A DNA stretch of 64,000 nt from Marsupella aquatica (taxonomy: Eukaryota > Plantae > Marchantiophyta): NCBI GenBank assembly GCA_973895155.1, contig OZ316899.1:1-64000 (forward strand), given 5' to 3'. The notes beneath the pieces are model-generated. The model searched no databases and was not told the DNA's origin. It was given only the letters and a program-made list of their open reading frames with translations. Position 1 is the stretch's first letter; every line of letters starts with the position of its first letter. The position numbers were made by a program, and so were the translations under genes. Positions 1-12,980 of this stretch are shown here, one piece after another.

Positions 1-1993
1 CTAAACCCTAAACCCTAAACCCTAAACCCTAAACCCTAAACCCTAAACCCTAAACCTACAACCCTAAACCCTAAACCCTAAACCTAAACCCTAAACCCTA
101 AACCCTAAACCCTAAACCCTAAACCCTAAACCCTAAACCCTAAACCCTAAACCCTAAAAACCCTAAACCCTAAACCCTAAACCCTAAACCCTAAACCCAA
201 ACCCTAAACCCTAAAAACCCTAAACCCTAACCCTAAACCCTAAACCCTAAACCCTAAACCCTTAAACCCTAAACCCTAAACCCTAAACCTAAACCCTAAA
301 CCCTAAAACCTAAACCCTAAACCCTAAACCCTAAACCCTAAACCCTAAACCCTAAACCCTAAACCCTAAACCCTAAACCCTAACCCTAAACCCTAACCTA
401 ACCCTAAACCCTAAACCCTAAACCTAAACCAAACCCTAAACCCTAAACCTAAACCCTAAACCCTAAACCCTAAACCCTAAACCCTAAACCCTAAACCCTA
501 AACCCTAAACCCTAAACCCTAAACCCTAAACCCTAAACCCTAAACCCTAAACCCTAAACCCTAAACCCTAAACCCTAAACCCTAAACCCTAAACCCTAAA
601 CCCTAAACCCTAAACCCTAAACCCTAAACCCTAAACCCTAAACCCTAAACCCTAAACCCTAAACCCTAAACCCTAAACCCTAAACCCTAAACCCTAAACC
701 CTAAACCCTAAACCCTAAACCCTAAACCCTAAACCCTAAACCCTAAACCCTAAACCCTAAACCCTAAACCCTAAACCCTAAACCCTAAACCCTAAACCCT
801 AAACCCTAAACCCTAAACCCTAAACCCTAAACCCTAAACCCTAAACCCTAAACCCTAAACCCTAAACCCTAAACCCTAAACCCTAAACCCTAAACCCTAA
901 ACCCTAAACCCTAAACCCTAAACCCTAAACCCTAAACCCTAAACCCTAAACCCTAAACCCTAAACCCTAAACCCTAAACCCTAAACCCTAAACCCTAAAC
1001 CCTAAACCCTAAACCCTAAACCCTAAACCCTAAACCCTAAACCCTAAACCCTAAACCCTAAACCCTAAACCCTAAACCCTAAACCCTAAACCCTAAACCC
1101 TAAACCCTAAACCCTAAACCCTAAACCCTAAACCCTAAACCCTAAACCCTAAACCCTAAACCCTAAACCCTAAACCCTAAACCCTAAACCCTAAACCCTA
1201 AACCCTAAACCCTAAACCCTAAACCCTAAACCCTAAACCCTAAACCCTAAACCCTAAACCCTAAACCCTAAACCCTAAACCCTAAACCCTAAACCCTAAA
1301 CCCTAAACCCTAAACCCTAAACCCTAAACCCTAAACCCTAAACCCTAAACCCTAAACCCTAAACCCTAAACCCTAAACCCTAAACCCTAAACCCTAAACC
1401 CTAAACCCTAAACCCTAAACCCTAAACCCTAAACCCTAAACCCTAAACCCTAAACCCTAAACCCTAAACCCTAAACCCTAAACCCTAAACCCTAAACCCT
1501 AAACCCTAAACCCTAAACCCTAAACCCTAAACCCTAAACCCTAAACCCTAAACCCTAAACCCTAAACCCTAAACCCTAAACCCTAAACCCTAAACCCTAA
1601 ACCCTAAACCCTAAACCCTAAACCCTAAACCCTAAACCCTAAACCCTAAACCCTAAACCCTAAACCCTAAACCCTAAACCCTAAACCCTAAACCCTAAAC
1701 CCTAAACCCTAAACCCTAAACCCTAAACCCTAAACCCTAAACCCTAAACCCTAAACCCTAAACCCTAAACCCTAAACCCTAAACCCTAAACCCTAAACCC
1801 TAAACCCTAAACCCTAAACCCTAAACCCTAAACCCTAAACCCTAAACCCTAAACCCTAAACCCTAAACCCTAAACCCTAAACCCTAAACCCTAAACCCTA
1901 AACCCTAAACCCTAAACCCTAAACCCTAAACCCTAAACCCTAAACCCTAAACCCTAAACCCTAAACCCTAAACCCTAAACCCTAAACCCTAAA
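1..1993 (+). repeat. Telomeric array (CCCTAAA)n, Arabidopsis-type TTTAGGG telomere, C-rich strand on +
   Basis: About 2 kb of tandem CCCTAAA from base 1; scattered imperfect units in the first ~450 bp, essentially perfect afterwards. Confidence 0.99.
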
Positions 1994-1995
1994 CC

Positions 1996-2068
<73 letters not shown>

Positions 2069-2076
2069 CTCCCAAC

Positions 2077-2107
<31 letters not shown>

Positions 2108-2200
2108 CTCCCAACCTCAACCCTCAACCCTCAACCCTCCTCCCAACCTCAACCCTCAACCCTCAACCCTCCTCCCAACCTCAACCCTAAACCCTAAACC

Positions 2201-2231
<31 letters not shown>

Positions 2232-2853
2232 CTCCCAACCTCAACCCTCAACCCTAAACCCTCCTCCCAACCTCCCCATCCCAACCCCAACACACAACTC
2301 CCTAAACACCACACTCCTCTCAACCTCCCCATCCCAATGCCCTCAACCCCCCTCACTCTCAACCTCCTAAACCCAACTCAACACACACCTCCCCCAAAAC
2401 ACTCCTCTCAACCTCCGCATCCCAGCCCCACAACTCCCTCAACTTCCCCAACCCATCTCCAACACACAACTCCCTCAACCCCCCACCCCCCAAAACACTC
2501 CTCTCAACCTCCCCATCCCAACCCCAACACACAACTCCCTCAACCCCCCACACTCTCAACCTCCTAAACCCAACTCAACACACACCTCCCCCAAAAACAC
2601 TCCTCTCAACCTCCCCATCCCAACCCCACAACTCCCTCAACCCCCCACCCCACACACCTCCACCAAAACACTCCTCTCAACCTCTCTATCTCAACCCCAA
2701 CACACAACTCCCTAACCCCCCCACACTCTCAACCTCCTAATCCCAACTCAACACACACCTCCCCCAAAACACTCCTCTCAACCTCCCCATCCCAACCCCA
2801 ACACACTCTCAACCTCCTAATCCCAACTCAACACAGAACTCCCTAAACCCTAA
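1994..2853 (+). repeat. Telomere-variant zone: (CCCTCAA)n, CCCTCCTCCCAACCTCAA interruptions, then degenerate C/A-rich repeats
   Basis: Switch from CCCTAAA to CCCTCAA at 1994; recurring CCCTCCTCCCAACCTCAA units; degenerate CACTCCTCTCAACCTCCCCATCCCAACCCC units to ~2840; ends with two perfect CCCTAAA at 2841-2854. Confidence 0.92.
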
Positions 2854-4445
2854 AGCTGCAAAAGACTTTAATTGGAAATGTTATGGGAGTGCGGGATTAC
2901 AAGTGAGCCACCATGAATGCTAGTGGTGTATGAATACTTCAAAAATAATGTTATGGGAGCCTACGGTAACCAGCCGTAAGTAACCCTAATCAATACTAGC
3001 GGAGTTTAAAGGCTTTAATAATAATGTTGTGGGAGTCCAAATGTTGAAACGTCAAGACCGTGCAGTGCATGTAGGAGACCGTGCACTAGGCTCCCTGAAA
3101 TGGCCAGAAGACCGGCCTCATTGCACGCGCAGTGAGGAGAAGATATGTACAGGCTGCACGAAAATGTATATATATGTACAGGCCTCATTGCACGCGCTGT
3201 GCAGAGAAGATATATACAGGCGTAGGCTGAGGAGCAGCAACAACGGGAGGAAGCTGAATTACAACACCTGGCATTACGGGCCCAAGAGTTTGAGGCGGAT
3301 CGGGTATAGACCCGAGTGTGGATTAGCATTGAGTCTAGAAAGTAAATAATATATCACAACTGTACAGAGTGAATTAGTTCTAATCAGGAAGCCTGGTCTT
3401 CTTTAATTTGTATCTCATTTCCCACGTCCAAAATTGAATGGTGACACATTTGATGCTAACGGAGTTTAAAGGTTTCAACATGAAAGCTATGGGAGTCTAC
3501 GGTTTAACCGGAAATGTTATGGGAGCCTCCACTTTAACCGGAAATGTTGTGGGAGTCCATATGCTGAAACTTGGAGACATACCATGCATCGCATGTGAGA
3601 CACAGCCTTTACATAAGAGTCTTGTATGGTGGGTTGGACACTGAAGGTGATTTGGGTCCTAGGAGTGTCTGAATGGAGTTGCAACACAGATGGAGGTGAG
3701 TAGCAAGGCATGAATACCGCAACCATGGATGTTGTACAGAAGACAAGCTCCATCACTACAAACTCGGCCTGAAACCATGCCACTGCCACCAGTAAGCATA
3801 AAAAATGCAACCATTCGAAAACGCCTTCGCTCAAAGACTGCATCCGACAATGACTCGAATCCATCACTTGCTGCAATTATTGACGACGTCAGTACGCCAT
3901 CCAAGCGACGCAAGATTCAGGACCCTAAACCACCAGTAAGCATAAAAAACGTAACCATTCGGAAACGCCTTCGCTCAAAGACTGCATCCGACAATGACTC
4001 TAATCCATCACTTGCTGCAATTATTGACGACGTCAGTACACCATCCAAGCAACGCAAGATTCAAGACGTAGAAGGGAATTTGGAGATGGCGAGCACTGTA
4101 AAGGACCACATTGAAGGCCAGCGACGGGAATTCTCAAAGGCCAAATGAATGCTTCCCGACAAAAATACCAACCCAACAATAATGCAGAAGGGAATTTGAA
4201 GGTGACAAGCACATTAAGGAACCAGATTGAAGGCTGGTACGGGAATTCTAGAAGCATTGACCAAGCTTTGTTTCCTTTGTATTTCTCACGAACCTAATTG
4301 AATGGTGACACTTTTGATGGTAACGGAGTCCAATGGTTTCAACATGAATGTTATAGCTGCAAAAGACTTTAATTGGAAATGTTATGGGAGTGCGGCATTA
4401 CAAGTGAGTCGCCATGAATGCTAGTGGTGTATGAACACTTAAAAA
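2854..4445. repeat. Subtelomeric repeat complex (TGTTATGGGAG-type subunits, GGCCTCATTGCACGCG units, internal duplications)
   Basis: 2854-2945 matches 4355-4445; 3405-3485 matches 4270-4350; CCTCATTGCACGCG recurs at ~3115 and ~3183, with a homologue at ~32170. Confidence 0.8.
3729..4148 (+). CDS. Small basic ORF (139 aa) built from a 144-bp tandem duplication; function unknown, may be non-coding
   Basis: 48-aa unit PPVSIKN...KRLRSKTASDNDSNPSL...KRRKIQD present twice (3786 and 3930); NLS-like basic clusters only. Confidence 0.25.
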   Translation: MLYRRQAPSLQTRPETMPLPPVSIKNATIRKRLRSKTASDNDSNPSLAAIIDDVSTPSKRRKIQDPKPPVSIKNVTIRKRLRSKTASDNDSNPSLAAIIDDVSTPSKQRKIQDVEGNLEMASTVKDHIEGQRREFSKAK

Positions 4446-5253
4446 AAAATTGTAGAAGAACAGTAGGGTCTTTTGAATCCAATTTTTGGAATATTCCATC
4501 TTTATAGGGGTTAATTTTATTTTTTTAAACTTTCATTTTAGGGGGTCCAAGGCCTAAAAACATCGCAGGTGATGGGGAGGTCCCCATATAGTGAGACCCC
4601 CGAGGCTGTGCGGAGAAGATATGTACAGATTGCCTCAACAATTTAAATTAAGAGGACTTGTGATGTTAGACACGCCCATGGAGGAGTTGCGAAGTGAAGG
4701 TGGGCAAAAGGAGAGCAAAGGAGAGCAAAAGGGTGAAATAAGGGAAGAAGACACACAGGGTGGGGTCTGATGGCCATGGAGTCGGTCATGGGTGGAGGTG
4801 TGGGCAGTTCATCGGGCAGTTAGGCGCTGCCACGGTCTGGCCAGTGTGGAGAGGCCTGGGAAAGGAAGGGGAGAGGGAGAAAGGGTAGGACAGGTATTTA
4901 AGAGGGATTGAAGAGAGTCAAGAGGGGCCAAGACTGATAAATAACCACCATTGGCCTCCATACATGCAACAACCAACCAAGCTTCCTTCCCCAAAGGAAG
5001 AAAAGCCCCACCACACAATCACCAACCAAAAAACAAATATGACCTCTTAAAAAACACAAAATGGCAACAAACGTTCCAAAAACTGTCTCCCCACCCCCTA
5101 AAAAACATTAATATGGAAAGAGGGAAAACCTTTCCAAAAATGAAAAAAAATAACTCACTTTGGTCATCCGCCTTTCTCCATCCCTAGCCATCATGCTATA
5201 CCTATCTGATTAAGTGTAGGCTGTACCTATATAACTTGCACATCCTGTACCAC

Positions 5254-5545
5254 TATCAAATGTACTCATATGAATTGTACTAACTGTCTACTCTTGAGAC
5301 AAGTACTCTTAATAAACATTTGCTTTGGTTTATAGCTTGCCCCCATTTTCAGATAATTCACTCTATCAAATGGACTCATATGAAATCTACTAGCTACACT
5401 TGAGCCACATACTCTTATACATTTGCTTTAGTTTATAGCCTGCCCCATTTTCAGATAATTCACTCTATCAAATGGACTCATATGAATTGTACTCATTACA
5501 CTTGAGAGGCCTCCGCATACTTAGAAATGGACTCATATGAATTGT
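5254..5545. repeat. ~105-bp tandem repeat, ~2.5 copies
   Basis: CTATCAAATG(G/T)ACTCATATGAA recurs at ~5254, ~5362 and ~5464 with conserved intervening sequence. Confidence 0.85.
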
Positions 5546-7048
5546 AGAGAACAAATGAGAAGGATATCATGGATTCACTCCAAAAAGCTAGTTTGTATAT
5601 GGACCACATAGTACTCTTTTTGGCTGGATTGAATATTATAGAGGTTAAGATAAGATTAAGAATCTGAGAGAATAAATTTGGAAACCTATGATGGACTCCC
5701 TCCAAAAGCTAGACTGTAAACAAAGGAGTAACTGTCTCTGTTTTGGCAGCATTGGAAATTATTGTGGTTGATCTATGTTTGGTTAGACTAAAGCCCCAAA
5801 TAATTGTCCTACCAACTAAGCCTAGGAAAAGCATACACTGGGACAGGGTTATAAGACTTCTCCTCTCTAACTTATGAATTCCTGGTATTTGAGAAATAAT
5901 TGGCCGTGGTGGGTGTGAACTTTGAGTCGCCACCTTCCCCATCTAAGGAAAATACAACTCAAGTTGAAAAACATCGAGAAAATGATGGTCCACATTGATT
6001 TCTCTTTGTAAGTTTTCGCACCTGCAATTGATCTGAAGCCAATCAAGAATGCGTTCTTGACTTTTCGGCGATGGGAAGTCTTCCTAAAGAAGTTTGTACA
6101 GAAATATGTACCAATGAGAGAGAAGCGGAATTGATGCTCAGTCCAATAAATATAGTGAAAATATTCCCACGAATGATTACAGGCTAGTATTCGCACTGCT
6201 CTTGCCATCAAACCTGTGGGATATATATCATTGCTTCTTGTTCGGTGCTCCGTGAGATACCATGTACAACTCGACTCCCGACGTCGATGCTCTTTGAGAA
6301 CCAATTTGGATTTCCATTAGACCTCCGCAGCTTCTTGCTGGCTAGTGAAGACCGCGAAGTTACAATGCAGTTATTGTACGTAGAGCCTTAAGATTGTCAT
6401 GGCTGAAGTTTCCAGACTTTAAAACGGTATGTTCCACTCCCCCGGTAAGCTTCTCTAGCTGCTTTACTTTGTTGGTTTGGTGACCATCGACAACAAGATG
6501 TGAGCAATCCGACGTTTTGCAACTCCATCATTAAGTTAGAAGACAATTGCTTGCGTTTCCTCTGATAGTTGTTCAATTCGTAAGTGGCTCCTCCCATGAG
6601 TAGCGAACTACCTACCTTCAAGGTATCCCAAAAATCTAACTCTGACTCTTAGGCAGTCTATCCAATCATGTAAGGCTACCAGTAAACAAGACTTCAATTA
6701 TTCTCTTGGGAGCGTTTAGGGTGCCATCCGATCCAGCCACCGACCTTGTTACCTCGCATGACGAAACCTACAAGCTCGCAACCCCGATCCACATGGCTGC
6801 GGAGTCCGATTTCAGTTGAAGATTTCATTCCGATTTCATTCCGAGGTGATCTAAAGAAATCTGTGATAATTGGCTTCACCGGCATAAAATAGTCATAGAG
6901 AGGCTAGATCGAACGTCCTTATGGCTAAGTTCAATGGCGCAGCGTAAGCAAGTCTGTCAAAAGTGTCCACTGATTCATCCAGTACGTGTAGCTCGTCAAT
7001 TAATGTCTGCGTAATTAAAATCTACATTTCTCAGGATCTCCTTGCAAC

Positions 7049-8320
7049 TTAACCAGTTACAGACGCTTGATCACACAAAAGAAAGCATACTCGCGTGCTT
7101 AACTCCATCAAATTCTGCCCAGTGATCTGAAGGCCCACTCTGCAATTTAAGTTTCTTGATATCGCGGACTCATCGACTAAAAGTGACAGTGCCTGTGCGA
7201 TAACCGGCCAAACATCACAGAAGGCAGCCAATTCTATCCATGAGATGATTCGAAGTAGATGTGCGAACTCCAGTGTTGATGAAACAGCTGAAATGATGTC
7301 AGGACAAAACGTAGTTAAGTAACTTAAGGAGCCAATTTGGAAAGTTGCGCCAAAGGACACATTTCTGGAGACATTGGATCATAACATAATTCTGCAAATT
7401 GCAGTTATGAACAGGATACAATCTTGACAAGGGGCTGCACAAAACATTTTGTATGAGTTCCTGAATTTCTTGATCGACAACTATGCGTCACAACTACAAA
7501 TACCTTCTGAATAACTCGAAGTGCAAGTGTATGCAAAGTTGATGGTACAGTCATATCTTGCACAACTGCAAAAACTCCCTCGAAGATATTGTCGCTAGCT
7601 TCTATACCGCAGAATACTTGTGGGACCAACTTGCTTAAACATTTCAGAGCTACAGCACGGACATTCATTCAAGGGTCACCGGCAATATAAGTAGGTAGGA
7701 CATCCACCTGAAAGTACCAGGAAGTATTTTAGTGAAGCTTAGCCTTACAAATTGTCAATGTGGCTCAATTGGAAGAGTATAACGGAAAATCGTGCTATAT
7801 GGGAGAGGCGAGTTGTACCTGGTTCCCCATAATAACACTGGACCCAGCGGCAAGCATTGTGAGAGATACGAGCATAGTGTTACAATCTCATCAAGAGGGT
7901 ATCTTAGCAATATGCACCTTCCCATCTGCAGGTCGGAACGTCGAACTTAGCACCTTTCTTTCCATCACTTACATATTACAATTTTCCACGTGAGCCACTC
8001 TAAAGTACACCTTGCAAAGCAAAGAAGGCAAATTCTTTTAACATCCGTGAGGTCGCACATCACAACAATCCAAACTACACAAAGACCTAACCCAGCTGAA
8101 CCGGTTCCAATCTCACCAAAGCTGAAGTATGGTAACCAAAACAAGAAACATAGCCCTGCCATGTCCCCGAGAAGTTTAGTCTGGGCACAGTACTGACCTC
8201 AAAAGCTTGCAGAGAAAGCACAGATGAGTTACCAAGCCTGGCAAAGAGGCGAACTGCCAACACTTTCACCTTAGCGTACATTCTCTGGTCCCTCGTAGAG
8301 AACCCATGCTGACAAGACAA
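7049..8320 (-). pseudogene. INTS7: Integrator complex subunit 7-like (EMB1895-type ARM/HEAT) internal fragment, frameshifted
   Basis: KVKVLAVRLFARLGNSSVLSLQAFEV, VRAVALKCLSKL and LHTLALRVIQKV occur in the order I recall for plant INTS7 (RLAAVRVFAKMGCS...RAFKI; RAAVLRCLHFL; MQVKALQIFQKI); split over several short ORFs. May extend toward ~6300. Confidence 0.6.
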
Positions 8321-8382
8321 GTCTTATCTCTGTCATTTCAGAAAATGCACGTCAAGTGTTAGGGGGTGTCGAGTATGTTATA

Positions 8383-8934
8383 TTACAGCAATTTTTTTGT
8401 GAATTCTTCACTTTCAGGATGGTTTTCAAGTAGTCTATACTTTCGTACCAGGAACATCTCTACCTTCTTTCTCGATTGAAGGCGGACCACTCCGGTGGTA
8501 GATGCACACATGTCACCTTCCACTCTGACTGGTTTGTCAACTTCCTCTGACGTACTATTATCAGGAGCTCTGTAAAATGATGCATTATCCTCAACTGCTA
8601 CTTTCTCTAAGCTCTTGCTCTCTGTTTCATGCAATTGCTCTTCATTCCTATCTACTAGTTCAGCATTCCCATTCACAGATCCTAGTCTACTGCTGCCATT
8701 CTTCTTCACGGTTGGTTTATCAGAGATTCCATTTACATGACCGAAAGAAACATCTGCTTGTTGTGGTCGCTTACGAGCCTCTAGGACGTCCGCCCTTGGA
8801 ATGCCTGGACTACTCGGGGTCCATCTATTTGTAGGTCCAACAATATTTCCATTCAGGAGACCCAATCCATTGCTTGGCGGGGATGAATTCACAATTGGTT
8901 TACCTATCCTATTAGAGAAAAACATTGCAGGCAC
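8383..8934 (-). other. Unidentified coding-like fragment (183-aa open frame) between the INTS7 and LRR-RLK relics
   Basis: Stop-free frame with protein-like C-terminus (KVEMFLVRKYRLLENHPESEEFTKKLL); starts at TTG, no family recognised. Confidence 0.3.
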
Positions 8935-8959
8935 CTTACGCCGCTTATTTGCACATCAC

Positions 8960-11760
8960 CTTAAACCGTTTAGGGCTTTGTGATGTGCAAATAAGACCAA
9001 GTTTGATGATGGGAAGAACTTCGTCTTCAGGGAAAAGGCGAAGCTTCGGGTCAACACAGAAAAGGACCCGACCTTCGTCCAGCAGAGCACGAACAAAATC
9101 ACACAATATTACAACATCATCTTCCATATACTCTACGGGCCGTCTTCCTGTAACAAGCTCCAGTAGCAAAACTCCAAACCCATACACATCGCACTTCTCT
9201 GTAATTTTCAGGCTTTGACATGCAAACTCTGGTGCCATATAGCCCAAGGCACTCTGCATTTTACTGCTCATCACGTAGGAGTCCAGCTTTGGTAGAAGCT
9301 TGGCGAGAGAGTAATCTGATAGACGTGCCTCGTACTCTTCATCGAGTAGAATATTGGGATTTCACATCGTAATGTCGTAATGTATGAGTTGTGGGGTACA
9401 TCCATGGTGAAGGTGAGCAAGCCCGTTAGCTGTACCTAGGGCAATCTTTAAATCTCACGCGCCAGCTCAATGGGGGCTCATCTTCTCGCCTTTCGTGCAG
9501 TTGGCTGTACAAGTTACCATTCTGGAGGTAGTCATAGACCAGAAGCTGTAGTTGCTCTGTCCAGTAATAGCCTTGCAAGCTTACAAGATGTGGGTGCCTA
9601 ACATTTCCGAGCATATGAACGACCTTTTCAAAATCGTCGCGGGTCTTAACAAGCCTCCCCACCATCAGCTTCTTCATAGCAACAGTCTCGCCATGCGCCA
9701 AAACGGCTTTGAACACGGTTCCAAAACCGCCCCTGCCAATCTCACAGTCTTTGTTGAATATTGCGTGTGTGCTTGTCATCCAGTAATCCGACTTGGGGTC
9801 ACTTTTCCGAGTGAACATCACCAATTTCCCCATTGCCATCTCAGCGGTATTTGGAGATTGAGGATCGTTGTCGACGGTGCAGACATTCAACCTGCGCCTC
9901 GTCTGGGTGTACATGTTTAATAGAGTGACCATAATCACTCCCAAAGCAATAGCCGCTGCAGCCGAAATAGACGTAATAGCCGAGACGCTCAATATAGTCT
10001 GACTTCTCTTGCTCTTGAACAGGGGAGAGAGGCCTCCTGGCTGTGAATTCGGGTCGTTTGGATTTATGATGAGTGGGTTGGGAAATGTTGAACACGAGAG
10101 GTTGATAGCTGATCCACAGAGCCCCGTATCCTGGTCAAACACAGAGGTGTTCGTATGATTAAAGACACCACCAGTGGGTATAGGACCCTGCAATTGATTA
10201 TGAGAGACGTTTATCGCTTGAAGATTTTGCAGTTGGCCCAGATCGTCTGGTATCTGTCCCGTAAAGAAATTGATCGAGAGGTCCAGAAACTCCAGGTTTA
10301 CGAGCCGGCCTAATTCGTTCGGAATCGGTCCTGTCAAATTGTTTTGAGCAATATTCAAGTCTACAAGAGAAGTCGCATTGCCAAGCTCGCCTGGCAAGGA
10401 GCCATTGAGAAAATTGCCATTAAGCCGCAATATTCGAGTTGAAGGAGCGTTTCCTAAGCTGGCGGGAATGGTGCCGATCACATAGTTGTCGCTGAGGTCA
10501 AGGACAGCCAGAAAAGGCAGAGAATCGAAGTCAATTGGAACATACGACGCTAGCATGTTTCCGGATAAGCTCAAATAGTGGAGGCTGGAGCAGGACGAAA
10601 GATTGGGGGGAACAGCACCGGAAAGGCCATTGTGAGATAGGTCCAGCCACTGTAGATTTTGACAGCCGCCATTTGAAGAGTAATCGGGAACACCTCCAGT
10701 GAAGAAATTGTTGGACAGACGGATCACCCGCGGAAGAGTAGTCAGCTTGAGGGGAATGTTCCCAGTGAGGTTATTCCAACTGAGGTCGATGGTCTCCAGC
10801 GTCTGCAGGGACCGGAAAGACGAAGGGATCTGGCCTCCAAATTGGTTCCCAGCCAAATTGAGCGATGTCAAACATATCATGTTGAAGAGCCAAGACGGGA
10901 TGCTACCGGATAAATAGTTCCAACCCAAGTCAAAGTACGGAGAGAAACCTCAAGTTGCCCAGCTGGAGTGGCAGCTCGCCAGAGAAGTGGTTCGAGTTCA
11001 GAACGAGTTCCTGCAGGAGCCCACAGTTGCCAAGCTCTGAGGGGACTTGCCCTGAAAAGCCATTTCCCTGGAGACTCAGGGAAGTCAGATTGGTCAAGAA
11101 ACCAACACCCACTGGAATTTGGCTTGAGAGAGAATTGTAGGAAAGGTCCATAGTTTGCAAACCTGCCAGAGAAAGAATTAGAAGAGAAGTTCAGTTCCTG
11201 CAGTTCCAAGCAAGAGCCAACAGAGAGAGGTATCGGGCCCTTAAGCCGGTTATTAGCCACAGAGATGTACCGCAAGCTCTGGCAATCGTTTGAAAAGATC
11301 TGCGGAGGGAGTGGTCCCGAGAGACCATTATTGGACAGATCAAGGGAGTAGAGGCTTCCAGCATTGCCAAATTCAGACGGTATGGTACCGCTGAGGGCGT
11401 TGTGACTAAAGTTCATCGATCCCAGCTTTGGAATCTGGGCAAGCTCTGGGTTGATGATGCCGGAGAAGTTGTTATAAGCCAAGTTGACACTCTCCAGCTA
11501 GTCTAGCTTCAGCAGAGCTCTCCCGATTGACCCCAAAAGAGAGAGTCCTACCAGATTCAACTGTGTGACTCTGCCACTGCTCGGTCTGCAGATAACTCCG
11601 TTCCACTTGCATGGGTTGGAGTCGTTGTCATTCCAAGAACTAAGCACCGAGTTGGGATCGCTTGAAAACAAGCAGAGCCATTACATCGTCGCTGATGAGC
11701 GGCACTGCCCCTGTGCTTGCCACTCCGCCAAGAAGTAAATGCACCAGACATGAAACCCAT
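8960..11760 (-). pseudogene. LRR receptor-like kinase, LRR-VII (IRK/PXC2-like), intronless, frameshifted and 3'-truncated
   Basis: LRRNT relic (SDDVMALLVFK; SSWNDD...PCKWNGV), many LxxLxLSxNxLSGxIP repeats, TM (ISAAAAIALGVIMVTLL), kinase GRGGFGTVFK and SKMQSALGYMAPEFAC...KITEKCDVYGFGVLLLELVTGRRPVEYMEDDVVILCD; split across 4-5 ORFs and cut after KLGLICTSQ. Confidence 0.93.
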
Positions 11761-12063
11761 AGCTAGCCTCCAGTCGCTGCCCGGACGTTTTTACAATGCT
11801 GTGAAATAGGTGAATACGGAGACCTCCGAGCAATAGGACGTGATTTCCTCAAGAGCGCCATTTCTGCGTTTGTTGATGACTCTCTCATGATTGGATCAAA
11901 TGATCCCTCATCAGCTGCAGAATTGGCAACAAGCTGCTGTGGCGCTGCTCTCCTTTGTACTGCGCGTGGGAAGACCGAAATCTAGCGACATTTTCAAACC
12001 ATGTATTGTGCAGCCGTTATGAGCAACTCGCATCCTTTGCTCACGAATTAACTGTCTCCTGTC

Positions 12064-12325
12064 ACGCCCACAGTTTTGCTGCTGAACTCTGCAGTTTCAA
12101 ACGTGGAGCTGGGTGAACTGGCCGCTAACAAGCTTTTCAAGTTGGAACCCGGTAAGCCCTATACATATGTGCTGCTCTCCAATATCTATGCTGCAGCTGG
12201 GAAGTGGAAGAAGGTGTCATCTGTGCGCACTATGATGCAACAGAGAGGTGTTCGGAAGGAGCCTGGACGTAGCTGGATCGAAGTTCATAACAAGATCCAT
12301 GAATTTGTGGTGGGGGATACACATC
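12064..12325 (+). pseudogene. PLS-class PPR (RNA-editing factor type) E/E+ domain fragment; no DYW domain follows
   Basis: TYVLLSNIYAAAGKWKKVSSVRTMMQQRGVRKEPGRSWIEVHNKIHEFVVGD is a canonical E/E+ motif. Confidence 0.9.
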
Positions 12326-12940
12326 AAACATTGCAAACATTTAGTAAATCACCGATCTGAGTGGGTTAGGGTTATATAGTATAATAGCCTGAGAAATTGT
12401 ATGTTTCTACTTAGACGGGCCCACATGACCACTGGACACGAGCTTCACAGAGCACACATGGAATCTGATGTCAGTAAGGCCCTTTTCTATTATAACTAAC
12501 CTACCGCTAATTGGTCAAGTCTAAATTGTGCTAGAATGGAAGAAGACTGATCATAACGCTTGTGCTTTTCAGTGAGTATCGACCCAATTAAACAAGCATC
12601 TTTCAAGGAATGAACGAAATCTCTCAAATGAATCAGAGCAATGAGTGAGTTGCTGCGATTCTTCTTCCTTCAAAGTCCCTACATATTGCTTTTTGATGTG
12701 AAGCTACCACTACCCGACATATGGACAGGGGCCCTAAGGCACTTTCTGTCGGCCTCGTTTCCACCAGGCTGCTCCTACTTGGATGTCAATGTCTACCAAG
12801 GTGATTGCAGTGGTGATGCCATAGACCCTAATCTGTCACTCCGAATAATGTTGGACCCAGCAAAGCTGAGCTTAGAATAAACAATTGGGCAGCAACAGGC
12901 GTTTGATACCCAACGACGATTGGAATGGATTGAATGCCTC

Positions 12941-12980
12941 TCTCCTCTCCTCTCCTCTCCTCTCCTCTCCTCTCCTCTCC
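12941..12980. repeat. (TCTCC)8 microsatellite
   Basis: Seen directly. Confidence 0.95.

Noticed and set aside
2337-2567. P/S/T/H-rich and V/G/W-rich ORFs in the telomere-variant zone
   Set aside because: Translation by-products of C-rich degenerate telomeric repeats.
8577-11153. Several plus-strand ORFs overlapping the LRR-RLK
   Set aside because: Antisense shadows of the minus-strand kinase pseudogene.
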